Source of the DNA: Octopus vulgaris
Taxonomy: Eukaryota
Direction: 5' to 3'
Length of the DNA: 64,000 bases
Assembly (NCBI GenBank): GCA_951406725.2
Contig: OX597820.1
Span: 22,940,001-23,004,000 of the forward strand
Under the pieces are notes generated by a model. The model saw only the letters and a list, made by a program, of their open reading frames with translations, did no database searches and was not told the origin of the DNA. The position numbers were made by a program, and so were the translations under genes. Below, piece by piece: positions 1-10,655 of the stretch (position 1 is its first letter; every line of letters starts with the position of its first letter).

Positions 1-892
1 TTTTCACATAAAACATGAACACCCATCCAACCATCCATCTATTATTCTTGGTGAGGCTGTGGGGGAGAATCCTCAGGCATTTCCTCCAAACAATCCTACC
101 AGAAATTGTCATTAAACTTTCCTGCTGGATTCCAAAGTTTGACCAACTGAGACCATAAATATTATCCAACCATCTTGCTCATGCTGTCTCTAGGCAGCTG
201 TCAGTTGGTTTGGTTTCAAGAAAAAGTGTAGAAAAAAATAAAACCTGAACAAATATATTTAAATGCTGCCTTACCAACAAGTTAACATGTGAGTGTGTGA
301 CCTCATGCATACTGTGAATTAAAATTCAATTTTTAATATTAATGATTATAACCACTCTTTCAATCTCAGACTAATTTAACGTGCTAACCACAACCTATAC
401 CACCAGTGGTTCATCGCAAACTTCACACAACCACCATATGCACCACCAGTGGTACATTTTCATAATTTGAGACAATATTTTATTCTGTATCTTTGTCAGA
501 GTTTCAAGGATATCTAAACAACATGAGTACTAAATATTCAGTTCAATTTTGAAATGTAAAAATACAAAAAAATTACATTTCCTTGTAAGTATGCAGTGTG
601 ATCGGAAATATGTGATGTTAAATTCCAGTAACAGGCCATGGCAGTTAATGTGTTAAGATTGTAAGAGAACAAAGACGTTGTCAAAACTCATTTGTCAATT
701 GCACAGTCCTATTGCAGACTACAGCAAGTAAGAGTTCTTCTTTTACACTCAGTAATCTGAGAGTTGAAGCATTTTGCTAGTGGACATCATCATAGCAAAT
801 AGACGCCCTATTACGATTGTCAGCTGCATTTATTGTTTTCTAAGCACTGTATCACCGTTTATGTTACACTGCTTTTTATCCTTTTATATTTT

Positions 893-1277
893 ATGACTGT
901 GGCTGTGTAGTTAAGAAGCTTGCTTCCTAACCATATGGTTTTAGATTTAAGCCTACTGCATGGCACCTTTGGCAAATGTCCTTAACTATAGTCCTAGGCC
1001 AACCAAAGCATTGCTAGTGGAAGCTGAAAGCTGTATGTATGTGTGCGTATGCACACATGCACCGTTGCCTAAGCATCAAATGATGTTTGTAAATGAGTGA
1101 GGTTCTTCATTTCCAGTCTCCTGTGAAATACATGTCTAGCTATGAAAAAATATTACCTTACTTGGAAACAAGCGAGGGTTGGTGACAGGAAAGACATTCA
1201 GTTATAGAAAGTCTACCCCAACAAATTTCATCTGACTCATGCAACATGGGAAAGTAGACATTAAATGATGATGATTT
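893..1277 (+). mobile_element. SINE family G (family-B tRNA-like head, distinct body, (GAT)n tail shared with family C)
   Basis: Head tggctgtgtagttaagaagcttgcttcc...; body ...aaatattaccttacttggaaaca...gagggttggtgacaggaa...; ends gacattaaatgatgatgat; similar to 39746-40163. Confidence 0.8.
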
Positions 1278-2080
1278 TTATTCACTAATTCTGGTATAAC
1301 CAAAGCTGCCCCCAAAGCAATAAATCAATGATTCAACATCTCACAGTGGGTTCTTTTCCAATTAAAAATAAATACTTACAAGAAAATAATGTTTAGAATC
1401 ATTCGTGTTTAAAATAATAGTTGTTAATCTTGTGGCTAATTTTTACTGAAATGACAGTGAAATTAACACCTCTTTCAATTGGTTCGATTGCTCTGATTAC
1501 TGTCAGCTTAATTATTCCTGGATATGTATATAGTTGCAAAACGAATTTCACCTAAGAAACTTTTCTTCTCAACTAAGAGTAGTAACGCTCTTATTCATTA
1601 TATCAGTACATATACCAGTGGCTGCATAGATACAACCATTACTGCCCTTAACTGAGAAATTAAAGCACCACGATTGAATCAAGGGATAACTTACAGCATT
1701 GCTGGTAATGTAGATGCAACTATCTTAAAATGCTTCATCTCCAAAGATGAGGTGAATAATTCAAAACATTTACAATAGTGTTCCCTATGTTCTGCAGATA
1801 ATTTAAAGACTATGTAAGCTCAAATTTTAAAGGTGAAGCAGTGAACATAATCAGGCTAAAATGCAAACTATTTTGTAACGAGGTGAATTAATTTCCAACA
1901 ATTTTTTTAGGGAAATTTATCATATTCAGTACACACCAAAGAAGATGAGAAGAAATTAAAATATTAAGTAATTAACATCACTAATCTTGCAGTCTTATTT
2001 CCACTATATTGTTGCAAACAATATAGAGGAAATGAGACCGAGAGAGAGCAAACACATTCAATGTGTTTGTTGCATTTATA

Positions 2081-2272
2081 CTACATGCACAAGGCCTGAA
2101 ATTTGGGGGAGAGATAGTTGATTACACTGACTCCAGTACTCAACTGGTACTTAATTTATCAACCCCGAAAGGATGAAAGGCAAAGTCGACCATGACAGAA
2201 TTTGAACTCAGAACGTCACAATGGGCGAAATACCACTAAGCATTTCTGCCAGCTCACCATCTTCCATTTATA
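2081..2272 (-). mobile_element. SINE family A copy with 13-bp target-site duplication
   Basis: Matches the family A core (aaggatgaaaggcaaagtcgacc...gaatttgaactcagaac); tgttgcatttata at 2068-2080 and 2273-2285. Confidence 0.88.
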
Positions 2273-2965
2273 TGTTGCATTTATATAATAAACAATGCAA
2301 TTAGCAAACCAATGAAGGGAGCCTTTTATACAATTGCTGGAGTGGCTAGAAATAGCAGTCAAATATTCTTCAAATCACACCTTAAAAGGAATAATGTATT
2401 GAATATTGTAGTCCTAGGTTCACTATGCCAGGGAGGGGTAGATGGGGTAAAAAGTTAAACTGTTATGATGATTCATGAAGTAAGTTCTGTTACCTAGGCA
2501 ATAATGGATGGGTAGCTACTGAAAGTTTAGTGTCAAACATTTGAGGGGATGGAAGGAATATAAGAAGGCAATGCTGCCTATGTTGATAATTTCCAAACAA
2601 AAGACAAAACTATGGTTCATGTCAGAAATATAATAGCATATGTAGAGTAATGGATCTTATCTGCTGGGTGTGAAACACATAACAAAAGATAGTTATATAT
2701 GGAAATAGGTCAAGTGCAAATGAAAGTACCTAAATATCAACAGATTCAGTTGATGGCATTCAAAAGAAATGTCCATATTAATATGTTACAAGAATGGATA
2801 AACATGTGCCTTCATGTGGCTCTACACAGACACCCTTAAGCAGAACAAGAATTAGGTTAAAATAGGAATAGTGGATTAAATATCAAACAATGTAGAATTT
2901 ATGCTGTTTTCAGTGATATACAGAAATATTCTGTGTTGTAAGTATACCATCAACAAGTAAATGGT

Positions 2966-3163
2966 TTTTTTCTACTAAAAGCACAAGGCATAAAAATGTG
3001 GAAGGGTGGTGACCCCAGTGCTCAACTGGTATTTATTTTGCAATCCCGAAAGGATGAAAGGTAAAATCAACCTTAGTAGAATTTGAACTCAGAATGTGAA
3101 GACAGGCAAAATGCCATTAAGCATTTTGTCCGGTGTGCTAATGATTCAGCCAGCTCACTGCCT
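2966..3163 (-). mobile_element. SINE family A copy
   Basis: Family A core; head in reverse orientation (gccagctcactgcc). Confidence 0.85.
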
Positions 3164-3166
3164 TAA

Positions 3167-3371
3167 CCCTTTTGTTACTGTATTTATATTGAGATGCTCT
3201 GTTTCAATTATTTTAGATATAACAAAGAATTTAGTAAAATAACTTAGTTATCATTAAGCTAGTGTTAGGGACATTAATTGTGACTAAGGTTCAGTGGAAG
3301 ATTTTAATTCAAAAGAAGACATTTGTACTACAGAGCCAAAGCCAGTTTCAGCTGGGTTGATAACAAAAGGG
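3167..3371. mobile_element. piggyBac-type MITE (family P1)
   Basis: TTAA|cccttttgttac ... ataacaaaaggg|TTAA: TIRs begin with CCC and both flanks are TTAA. Confidence 0.85.
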
Positions 3372-3402
3372 TTAAGAATTGTTTCTCTGTTATATATTTT
3401 AA

Positions 3403-3619
3403 CCCTTTTGTTACCATATGTTTATTGAGATGATCTGTGTTACTTTCAATTACATTAAATATAACAGAGAATTTAGTAAAATAGGTTATCATTATGCAAG
3501 TGTTAAGGACATAGATTGGGACTAGGGTTTGGTGGAAGATTTTAATTCAAAACTTATGAAAACAAGGGATTTGTACTACAGATTCAGAGCCAGTTTCAGC
3601 TGGTTTGGTAACGAAAGGG
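3403..3619. mobile_element. piggyBac-type MITE (family P1), second adjacent copy
   Basis: TTAA|cccttttgttacca ... tggtaacgaaaggg|TTAA; internal sequence colinear with 3167-3371. Confidence 0.85.
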
Positions 3620-3969
3620 TTAAACTAAAATAAACTAATAAGCTAAATCATTCCTGAAGTGGAATAAACCCCTTGGATTTGCAAATAAAAAGGAATGGAG
3701 AGTCTATGTTCAAATGATTAAATAAGTGCAACTAACTAGAGAAATACAAGAAGAAATAAATTTACATTTCTATCTCTAGTATTATGTATAACACTTAAAG
3801 GTTTAGATGTAATAGTTCAAGTAAAAAGCAAAATAAACTGTATTTGCCTTTAAAGCCTAAGCAGATAAAAAAAAAATAAAGAGGAACAATATTTTAAATA
3901 ACAATCAATAAAAAGGATTAAATTGCTCTAAGTAAATCTGGCAATTTACTTGGTGACCTCACTACTAGT

Positions 3970-4282
3970 TTTATTTATGCGTCCTTTTCAAGCCTAGCCA
4001 GGCTCATGGGCCCGTTTTCCTGGTTTCTGTGGCGTATGTGTTCCCCCCAGCTGGACGGGATGCCAGTCCACCACAGCATTACTCAAGAAACAGGAAGAGA
4101 GAGTGAGAGAAAGTTGGGGCGAAAGAATACAACAGGGTTTGCCACCACACCCTGCTGGAGCCTCATGGAGCTTTTAGGTGTTTTCGCTCAATAAACACAC
4201 ACAACGCCCAGCCTGGAAATCGAAACTGTGATTCTCCGACCACGAGTCCACTGTCCTAACCACTGGGCCATTGTGCCTCCAC
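3970..4282 (-). mobile_element. tRNA-derived SINE (family F-related) nested in a family C element, 14-bp TSD
   Basis: Minus strand starts gtggaggcacaatggcccagtggttagg (A box) with gtttcgatttcc (B box); TSD acctcactactagt at 3956-3969 and 4283-4296. Confidence 0.9.
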
Positions 4283-4490
4283 ACCTCACTACTAGTGGTG
4301 TCATGAAAATAGAAATAATGAAGCACCCAGCACACCTTGTAAAGAAATTGGCATTGGAAAGGGCATTAGAGCTGTAGAAACCATACCGAAGAAGACATTG
4401 GAGACCAACACAGCCCTCAGGTCAGTCAGATCCCGTCAAACTGTCCAACCTATGCCAGTATGAAAAATGGATGCAGGCATATGATGATGA
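4283..4490 (+). mobile_element. SINE/LINE-tail family C (3' part; 5' part at about 3945-3969)
   Basis: gcacccag...ggcattggaaagggcatt...gtcaaactgtccaacctatgccagtatg...atgatgatgat. Confidence 0.75.
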
Positions 4491-5679
4491 TAACATAGTA
4501 TCTGCAATTCTACATTTTCTTCTGCCAATTCTAAAACACTTCTACAAATTCTAACTAGTAAATTTACTAAACATTAACACAATCCTTTCCCCAGATGTTT
4601 TTATAATCCTTTCTGAATAAAAGCTAGCAAGTTAAAGTCTATGCCAGAGGGAATTCAAATGCAATTCTAATTAAATATTTAAACATATAAAGCAGTCAAC
4701 TAGTGCAATTTGTTGTTTTGTCTCCCAAGCTTAATCAGCAATGTGCTACATAATGCAATATCTATACCACTGTAAGTCTTCTAGTTATCACATTTTCCAC
4801 TGTCTATAATTAGGATTATGTTTGTGTATACATGTATGCATATACATGTATACATGTGCATGCATACACATGTTTGCAAGTAAAATCAGATAACAGATAC
4901 TTTTTTTCTTATTCTTTACTGCTTTGTTATTTATTAAGCAGTTAAATTGAAATAACTTTCCATATTCAGCAATTTACAAGCAAAAAGCAGGTTTAAAAAT
5001 CAAAATCTAATTACGATGCCATACAAAATATCATCCATAGATCAAACTCCAATGATATCTCGTCTACGAGAATACACAAGATATATCTTCAAAATTTACT
5101 ACAGGTACTTAATTGAATTTCAATAACAAACAATTTATAGACCTTTCAAATTTAAGAATCCTATCTGGTGACCTAATTTTGTTACTAGAAATGAGAACAC
5201 TACAAGCTTATAGTAGTGTTTCATTTCCACTTTAATTTTAAAAACTATTATCAATTAATTAATATAAGGCAAAGCTAAAGCTAGATTAACAGATTTCAAA
5301 TGATTTTTAATGAGGATGAAATATTCAGAGCAACTAAGAGTAAGTTTGGTAGTAAATAAGATAAACCAGGGTTACTGAAAGTCAGTTTGCATCACACAAG
5401 ACATAGCTATTCAATGTATTTGATCGATACTTTTTATTAGTCATTCTTATTCTGCCTTAAAAATGGCAGGGAGCTTTTTCACAAAATCTGCCAGAAGTTC
5501 AAGTGTCTAAAGACTCAGTTGTCGAATCCCAGTGAGTGTTGGGAAATCCGTGAAAAATCAGTAGGTCCATAAGTTAACATTAGTTACTTCCCTTACATTT
5601 ATTTATTACAACCACAGCCTTGGACGCCAACTGTATCATCTGTTGTGCTTCTACATGTATGAACACACACACAAAAGGT

Positions 5680-5780
5680 GGTTGTTATAGGCTAGCTCAA
5701 GGCCAGCACTGATCAAGTTAACATGTGATCAAAGCATTCCAGCCACGACCATCTCTTCTTTTATTCAGGTATAGTGTGTA
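5680..5780 (-). mobile_element. Interspersed repeat family H fragment
   Basis: Reverse complement resembles 27840-27910 and 33515-33575 (ggtcgtggctggaatgctttgatca...). Confidence 0.5.
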
Positions 5781-6035
5781 TGTTATACACACACATACTC
5801 TACTAATCCAGCAAAGTTTTTAAAAATATTTTTTAAAACTATTAAGGTGTGAGTGAGAAATTTCGTGTGTGAGTCTCTTAGAAACAGCAGTCAAATTCCC
5901 ACCAAAAACAGGAGATTCTCTTGTTTATTTCAATGAGTGCCTAGCAGTAAAACGTTAGCATTATTACCAAGGAGTGAACACATTCTTACAAAGGAAATCT
6001 TTTATTTTCTATAATGATGTCTGAACCATACCTGA

Positions 6036-6040
<5 letters not shown>

Positions 6041-6092
<52 letters not shown>

Positions 6093-6226
6093 GCACTGAG
6101 AGTGAATCAAGAAGCCAAAATGAACTGATATAATTGTGTGTGTGTGTGTGTGTGTGAAATGTGTGTGTGTGTGAAATGTGTGTGTGTGTGAAATATGTGT
6201 GTGTGTGAAATATGTGTGTGTGTGAA

Positions 6227-6275
<49 letters not shown>

Positions 6276-6306
6276 GTGTGTGTGTGTGTGTGTGTGAAAT
6301 GTGTAT
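6041..6306. repeat. (GT)n microsatellites, the second punctuated by GAAAT spacers
   Basis: Direct reading: 6041-6090 pure (TG)n; 6136-6306 (TG)n-AAAT units. Confidence 0.97.
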
Positions 6307-7017
6307 GTGTTCGCTTTACAATGGCCGGTTCGTTTCTGGTATTTGATTTTATTTCCGGATTTTGCTTGGTAAATATCACGAGAGAATACTTATGTCCTGG
6401 CATGTGCATGTATGTTTGCGCACGTGTGTGTGTGTGAATCTGTGTGTGTGTGTGTGTAAGTATGCATAAAAGAGGAGGGACATCCAAAATTCCTCGTGTA
6501 TGTGACATTTAGAAAGAGCTAAGGAATAACAGTGAAAAGTAAATGGGCCAAATTAATTAGAGCATTTGGGACAACCTTGTTGGTAATCAAGTGAACTGCT
6601 TTTGTCTTTCAATAGGGTGTAACTGAATATACAACAAAATATATGCCGCTTAATTATTTTGACTCTTATATTACAAACCAAGTGAAAGAACAGGAAGGGA
6701 GGGGAAGGGGGTCCCCCCCCCCACAAAAAAAAATGGACAAAGAAAATAAAGCAAACATTCAATTTAATCCTGAAGAGATTTGAAAAAACCAAGTCATTAA
6801 TATGTATGCATCTGATTACATATATACACTCATACAAAGATAAACACTACACAAACACACTACACACACTGGCATATGCAAACACATTGGCACACATGCG
6901 ATCATTCAGAAGTTCCTTTAGCATTTAAATGATATATAAAGTATTTTTTTAAAATTTTGTTGCACTTTCTTCATATTTTTAATACTATGTTGGTTATTTC
7001 ATTGTGAATATTTTTTG

Positions 7018-7018
<1 letters not shown>

Positions 7019-7106
<88 letters not shown>
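7019..7106. repeat. (CA)n(TA)n microsatellite
   Basis: Direct reading. Confidence 0.97.
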
Positions 7107-7108
<2 letters not shown>

Positions 7109-7278
7109 GGAGTAAACACATAAATGTGAAACAAGGTGGAAAAAAGAGTACTCAAATACCAGTAATATGCTTTATTTAAAGAAGCAGAAGATTCAACAAA
7201 ACCTGATACTCTGAGTTTCACATTGCCGTTCGTCGGACAGTTTTTGTTGAATTTTCTGCTGCTTTAAATAAAGTATAT
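7107..7278 (-). mobile_element. Probable Penelope-like element pLTR remnant inserted in (TA)n
   Basis: Complex sequence flanked by (TA)n on both sides; 41-bp inverted arms (7165-7205 and 7238-7278, 37/41 match) enclose a hammerhead-like core. Confidence 0.65.
7198..7245 (-). ncRNA. Minimal type I hammerhead ribozyme-like motif (probably decayed)
   Basis: Minus strand: aaaaactgt-CCGACGA-acg gcaa tgt-GAAA-ctc a gag-TA-tcaggtttt; core boxes, stem II, palindromic stem III and a GUA triplet occur in the canonical order. Confidence 0.65.
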
Positions 7279-7282
7279 ATAA

Positions 7283-7318
<36 letters not shown>

Positions 7319-8818
7319 TTATTTATTTATTTATTTGTCTTATACATTTTTAAAAAGCATCATTAAGAAAATATGAGAGAATATTCATTGTCCTAAAAAT
7401 GAGAAAACGGTAAAACGTAATAGTAATCCTCTTCAGTAGTCTGAAGTCCAACTACCTCAGTGGTTCAGAAGGCTGGCAGTATGCACAACAGAATAGCAGA
7501 CCTGCTATCCCAGAACCCCTGAGCCATGGTAGGTCAGAGTGAGAGGGTGGATTGTGTTGGGGGGTGGGGGGTATAATGAAGAGCGTGGCGGAGACTTGGG
7601 AAGGAAAAGTAAAGAGGGCAAAAGATAAGTCATACCTTAAGAGTATCAACTGACTTCAATTATTTGCCAGTTTACATTAAGGCTAAGGAGACCTTTAAAT
7701 CAAATATGTATAAAGAGATGGGAGGTGTTAGAAAAGGGGGTGGAACTGCAAGTGCAAGATGACAGCCAAATTAAATATTTGAAAGTTTAAATCTATGTAT
7801 TTAAAAACAACCGGAATTTAAATCAATGTTAAGGATATATATAAACAGCACCTTGCTTTAGGTCCTAATGCTGGTTAAACCTGTAAACACAGCATCTATA
7901 GTCAGTGCTGCTTCATTTAATATCATTCACTTATTTACTGCTGACAATTTTACTTGATTGAGAGGAAGTTCACAGTGAACAATAACCACAACAAGATTTA
8001 AATTTCTAATTTGAATAATTCTAGTTTAAATGACTATATTCACTGCCTTAATGAATAAAACCACAAATCTGATTCTCTCTCTCTCTCTCATGTGTGTACA
8101 TGTGTTGCTTAATTAAGCAATCAATATTGAAAAAATTCTTCTTAAAGTTATTTATATATATATAATAGAAATATGTTACAAAAAGAAAATAGAAACTACA
8201 CGTGGAAATGTAAGGAGAAAAATCAACGAAAATGTACATTGTAAATAAAAAAAGAAAAGACTTTTTATGAAAGCTAACGACAGATATATACAATTTGATG
8301 AACCCAGATAGTAATAAAAGTCATTATTATGAGATTATTAAAGAGATTCAAGCATGCCACGGTTTTGTCAGATACTATAACAACATTCATCTCATGTCTC
8401 TGGGGATGACCAGATTAGTAGCTTTACTCTTTGAAGGCTCCTTACATAGTTCATTTGGTTAATATTAGCATAAAATCCATAGTTACACTAGGGGCACATT
8501 AAGAGCAGCATCTGGACTCAGCAGGATTCTCGCTTTCCACACAGTCCTTATTGTTTCTAATTTAGGCACATAAAGCCAACAGCTTCAAGGAGGGGAAAGT
8601 TTAAAGTCAATTACATCACCCCAGTACTTGACTGACACTTCATTTCATCAGCTGACCTCAAATTCTTAAAATTCTAATACTGACTGATTGACTTTTGAAA
8701 CAATTTTAAAAGGATGCCAGAACTCTCTACCATAAATTGCAAACTCCATCTATTTACTCCCATTTCTTACCTAACTTATTTAAATATTTCAAAAAAATTA
8801 CATAACTAGTTGATTAAA

Positions 8819-8820
8819 TG

Positions 8821-8860
<40 letters not shown>
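8819..8860. repeat. (AAT)n microsatellite (tail/target of SINE A)
   Basis: Direct reading. Confidence 0.95.
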
Positions 8861-8861
<1 letters not shown>

Positions 8862-9075
8862 CTTTTCTACTAAAGGTACAAGGCCTGAAATTTCGGAGGA
8901 GGGGACTAGTCGATTATATTGACCCCAGTGTTTCACTGGTACTTAATTTATCAACCCCGAAAGGATGAAAGGCAAAGTCGACCTCAGTGGAATTTGAACT
9001 CAGAACGTGCAGACAGACGAGATGCTGCTAAGTATTTTGCCCAGCATGCTATCAGTTCTACCAGCTCACTGTCTT
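8861..9075 (-). mobile_element. SINE family A, full length
   Basis: Tail ctttctact...aaggcctgaaattt through core to head gccagctcactgtc; flanked by (AAT)n. Confidence 0.92.
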
Positions 9076-9092
9076 AATTATAATAATAATAA

Positions 9093-9222
9093 TTCTTTCT
9101 ACTATAGGCACAAGGTCTGAAAATTTTTGGGGGGGGGGGGGGCTAGTTGATTAGATTGACCCCCAGTGTACTTATTTATTTTATCGACCCCCAAAAGATG
9201 AAAGGTAAAGTCAACCTCGGCA
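9093..9222 (-). mobile_element. SINE family A, 5'-truncated
   Basis: Tail and core up to gtcaacctcggca, then an abrupt switch to LINE sequence. Confidence 0.88.
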
Positions 9223-9223
9223 A

Positions 9224-9440
9224 AAATGGCTGAAGGAGACTGAAATAGAATGCTCGGAGGAGCTCCTACAGAAAGTTTGTCTCTTAGGGATAGCAAGGAT
9301 TATCAGGAAGGTTCTAAGCACTTGAAAGACAGCTTGTGGATACCTAAGGTTACAGGCGGTAACCTGCTATCCACATAATTCCTACCAGGAATAAGACCAA
9401 ACCTAAGTCAAACCAAAATAATAATAATAATAATGACGAT
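9224..9440 (+). mobile_element. 3' end of an R4/Dong-clade non-LTR retrotransposon
   Basis: 9224-9325 translates KWLKETEIECSEELLQKVCLLGIARIIRKVLST*, matching the Dong/R4 C-terminal LQK..LLGTARI.R.VL motif; short 3' UTR with nested hairpin, then (TAA)n. Confidence 0.85.
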
Positions 9441-9844
9441 GATAATAGTAAATATCTTAAGTTAGTATTCATGTAACAAACTTGAATTTCAACTGCTATA
9501 CAATGGTTAACATACACAACATTAACTGTCAATGATCATACCAAAGGAAGAAAATAAAATTAAGGTGGTAGCAGAAATAGCTCTTTAAGGTTGACCTAAG
9601 AATATTCGAGGAATAATGAAATGAGAAGGCAAAGGAATCCAAAAGAATTTATAATAAACAAAATTAAACAAAAGTCATACATCTCTAGAAATAGTGGCAA
9701 TAAGATTTCTTTCAGATTTAAGGCTAAACAACAAACGATTATAGAAGAATGTAAATCAACAACAGATTCTTTCTTCTTTTTTTTATAAAAAAAAAAAAGA
9801 TGGAGGAGGGTGGAGAGAATTAGCTTTTATTATTACTATTACTA

Positions 9845-10030
9845 TTCCAGCTGGCAAAATCGTTAGCACATCAGACAAAATGCTTAGCAGCATTTCTTCC
9901 GGTTCTCTACATTTTAAGTCAACTTTGCCTTTAATCAGGGATGGATTAAAGTACCAGCTGAACACTGGGACAATGTGACTGACTTACATACACCCTTCCA
10001 CCAAAATTTCAAGCTTTGTGCATACAGAAG
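9845..10030 (+). mobile_element. SINE family A, decayed with internal deletion
   Basis: agctggcaaaatcgttagcac...gtcaactttgccttt...aaatttcaagctttgtgc then (ATT)n. Confidence 0.75.
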
Positions 10031-10032
10031 AA

Positions 10033-10070
<38 letters not shown>

Positions 10071-10283
10071 GGTGGCGAGCTGGCAGAATCATTAGCATGC
10101 CAGGTAAAATGCTTAGCAGTATTTCACCTGTCTTTACATTCTGAGTTCAAATTACACCAAGGTCAACTTTGCCTTTCATCCTTTTGGGGTCGATAAATTA
10201 ATTACCAGTGAATCACTGGGGTCAATGCAATCAACTAGTCCTCTCCCTAAAATGTCAGGCCTTGTGCCTATACACAAAGGATA
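10071..10283 (+). mobile_element. SINE family A, full length, embedded in (ATT)n
   Basis: ggtggcgagctggcagaatc head, B-box-like gagttcaaatt, core gcctttcatccttttggggtcgataaa, tail caggccttgtgccta. Confidence 0.92.
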
Positions 10284-10305
10284 TTTATCATTATTATTAT
10301 TATTA

Positions 10306-10655
10306 TTACCTCCAAAGGCAGAGATATTGTTTTCAGTCATGTTTGTCTGCCCGTGGGCAAGATATCTCAAGAACCACAGGATGGATTTGGATGAAACTTT
10401 CAGGGATGTTTGGCCTCATGACTGGCACAAACTGATTAGATTTTGGGATCAATCCACAATTGGACAAGCATTCTGGATTATTTTTCCCGTTTTTTTACTT
10501 AGTTTTTGGGAGCAGTAGGGTTCACTTTTAATATTCTCGTTTGTCAGAGCAGTCAAGTTTATTTCAGATATTCTCATTTTAAAAACCATCTCTGGCTAAT
10601 CATTGAGAGGACATTGGTATTGCCTTGCTGTAGTTTTGTGCTCTCTGAGTATTAT
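10306..10655 (+). mobile_element. Helentron-associated/HINE (DINE-1-like) non-autonomous element
   Basis: Starts ttacctc..aaaggcagag.tattgttttc, contains ggatttggatgaaacttt, ends gtgctctctgagt; second copy inverted at 31021-31343; classification rests on remembered architecture. Confidence 0.6.

Noticed and set aside
377-657. Possible old TTAA-flanked MITE (ttaacgtgctaacc ... gcagttaatgtgttaa)
   Set aside because: TIRs too degenerate and no second copy in the window
4006-4194. ORFs within SINE, HINE and MITE copies (also 10176-10706, 16975-17304, 29403-29754, 33812-34195, 37180-37428, 61002-61334)
   Set aside because: They lie in non-coding interspersed repeats; the recurring peptides only reflect repeat homology
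4825-4872. Palindromic-looking tgtatacatgtatgca tract
   Set aside because: Alternating purine-pyrimidine low-complexity sequence is self-complementary by nature
6107-6508. 133-aa and 80-aa ORFs (HT/CV repeats)
   Set aside because: Translations of (CA/TG)n microsatellite
7636-7692. Possible minus-strand exon bounded by ag and gtatga
   Set aside because: Stop codons in all three frames; no other support
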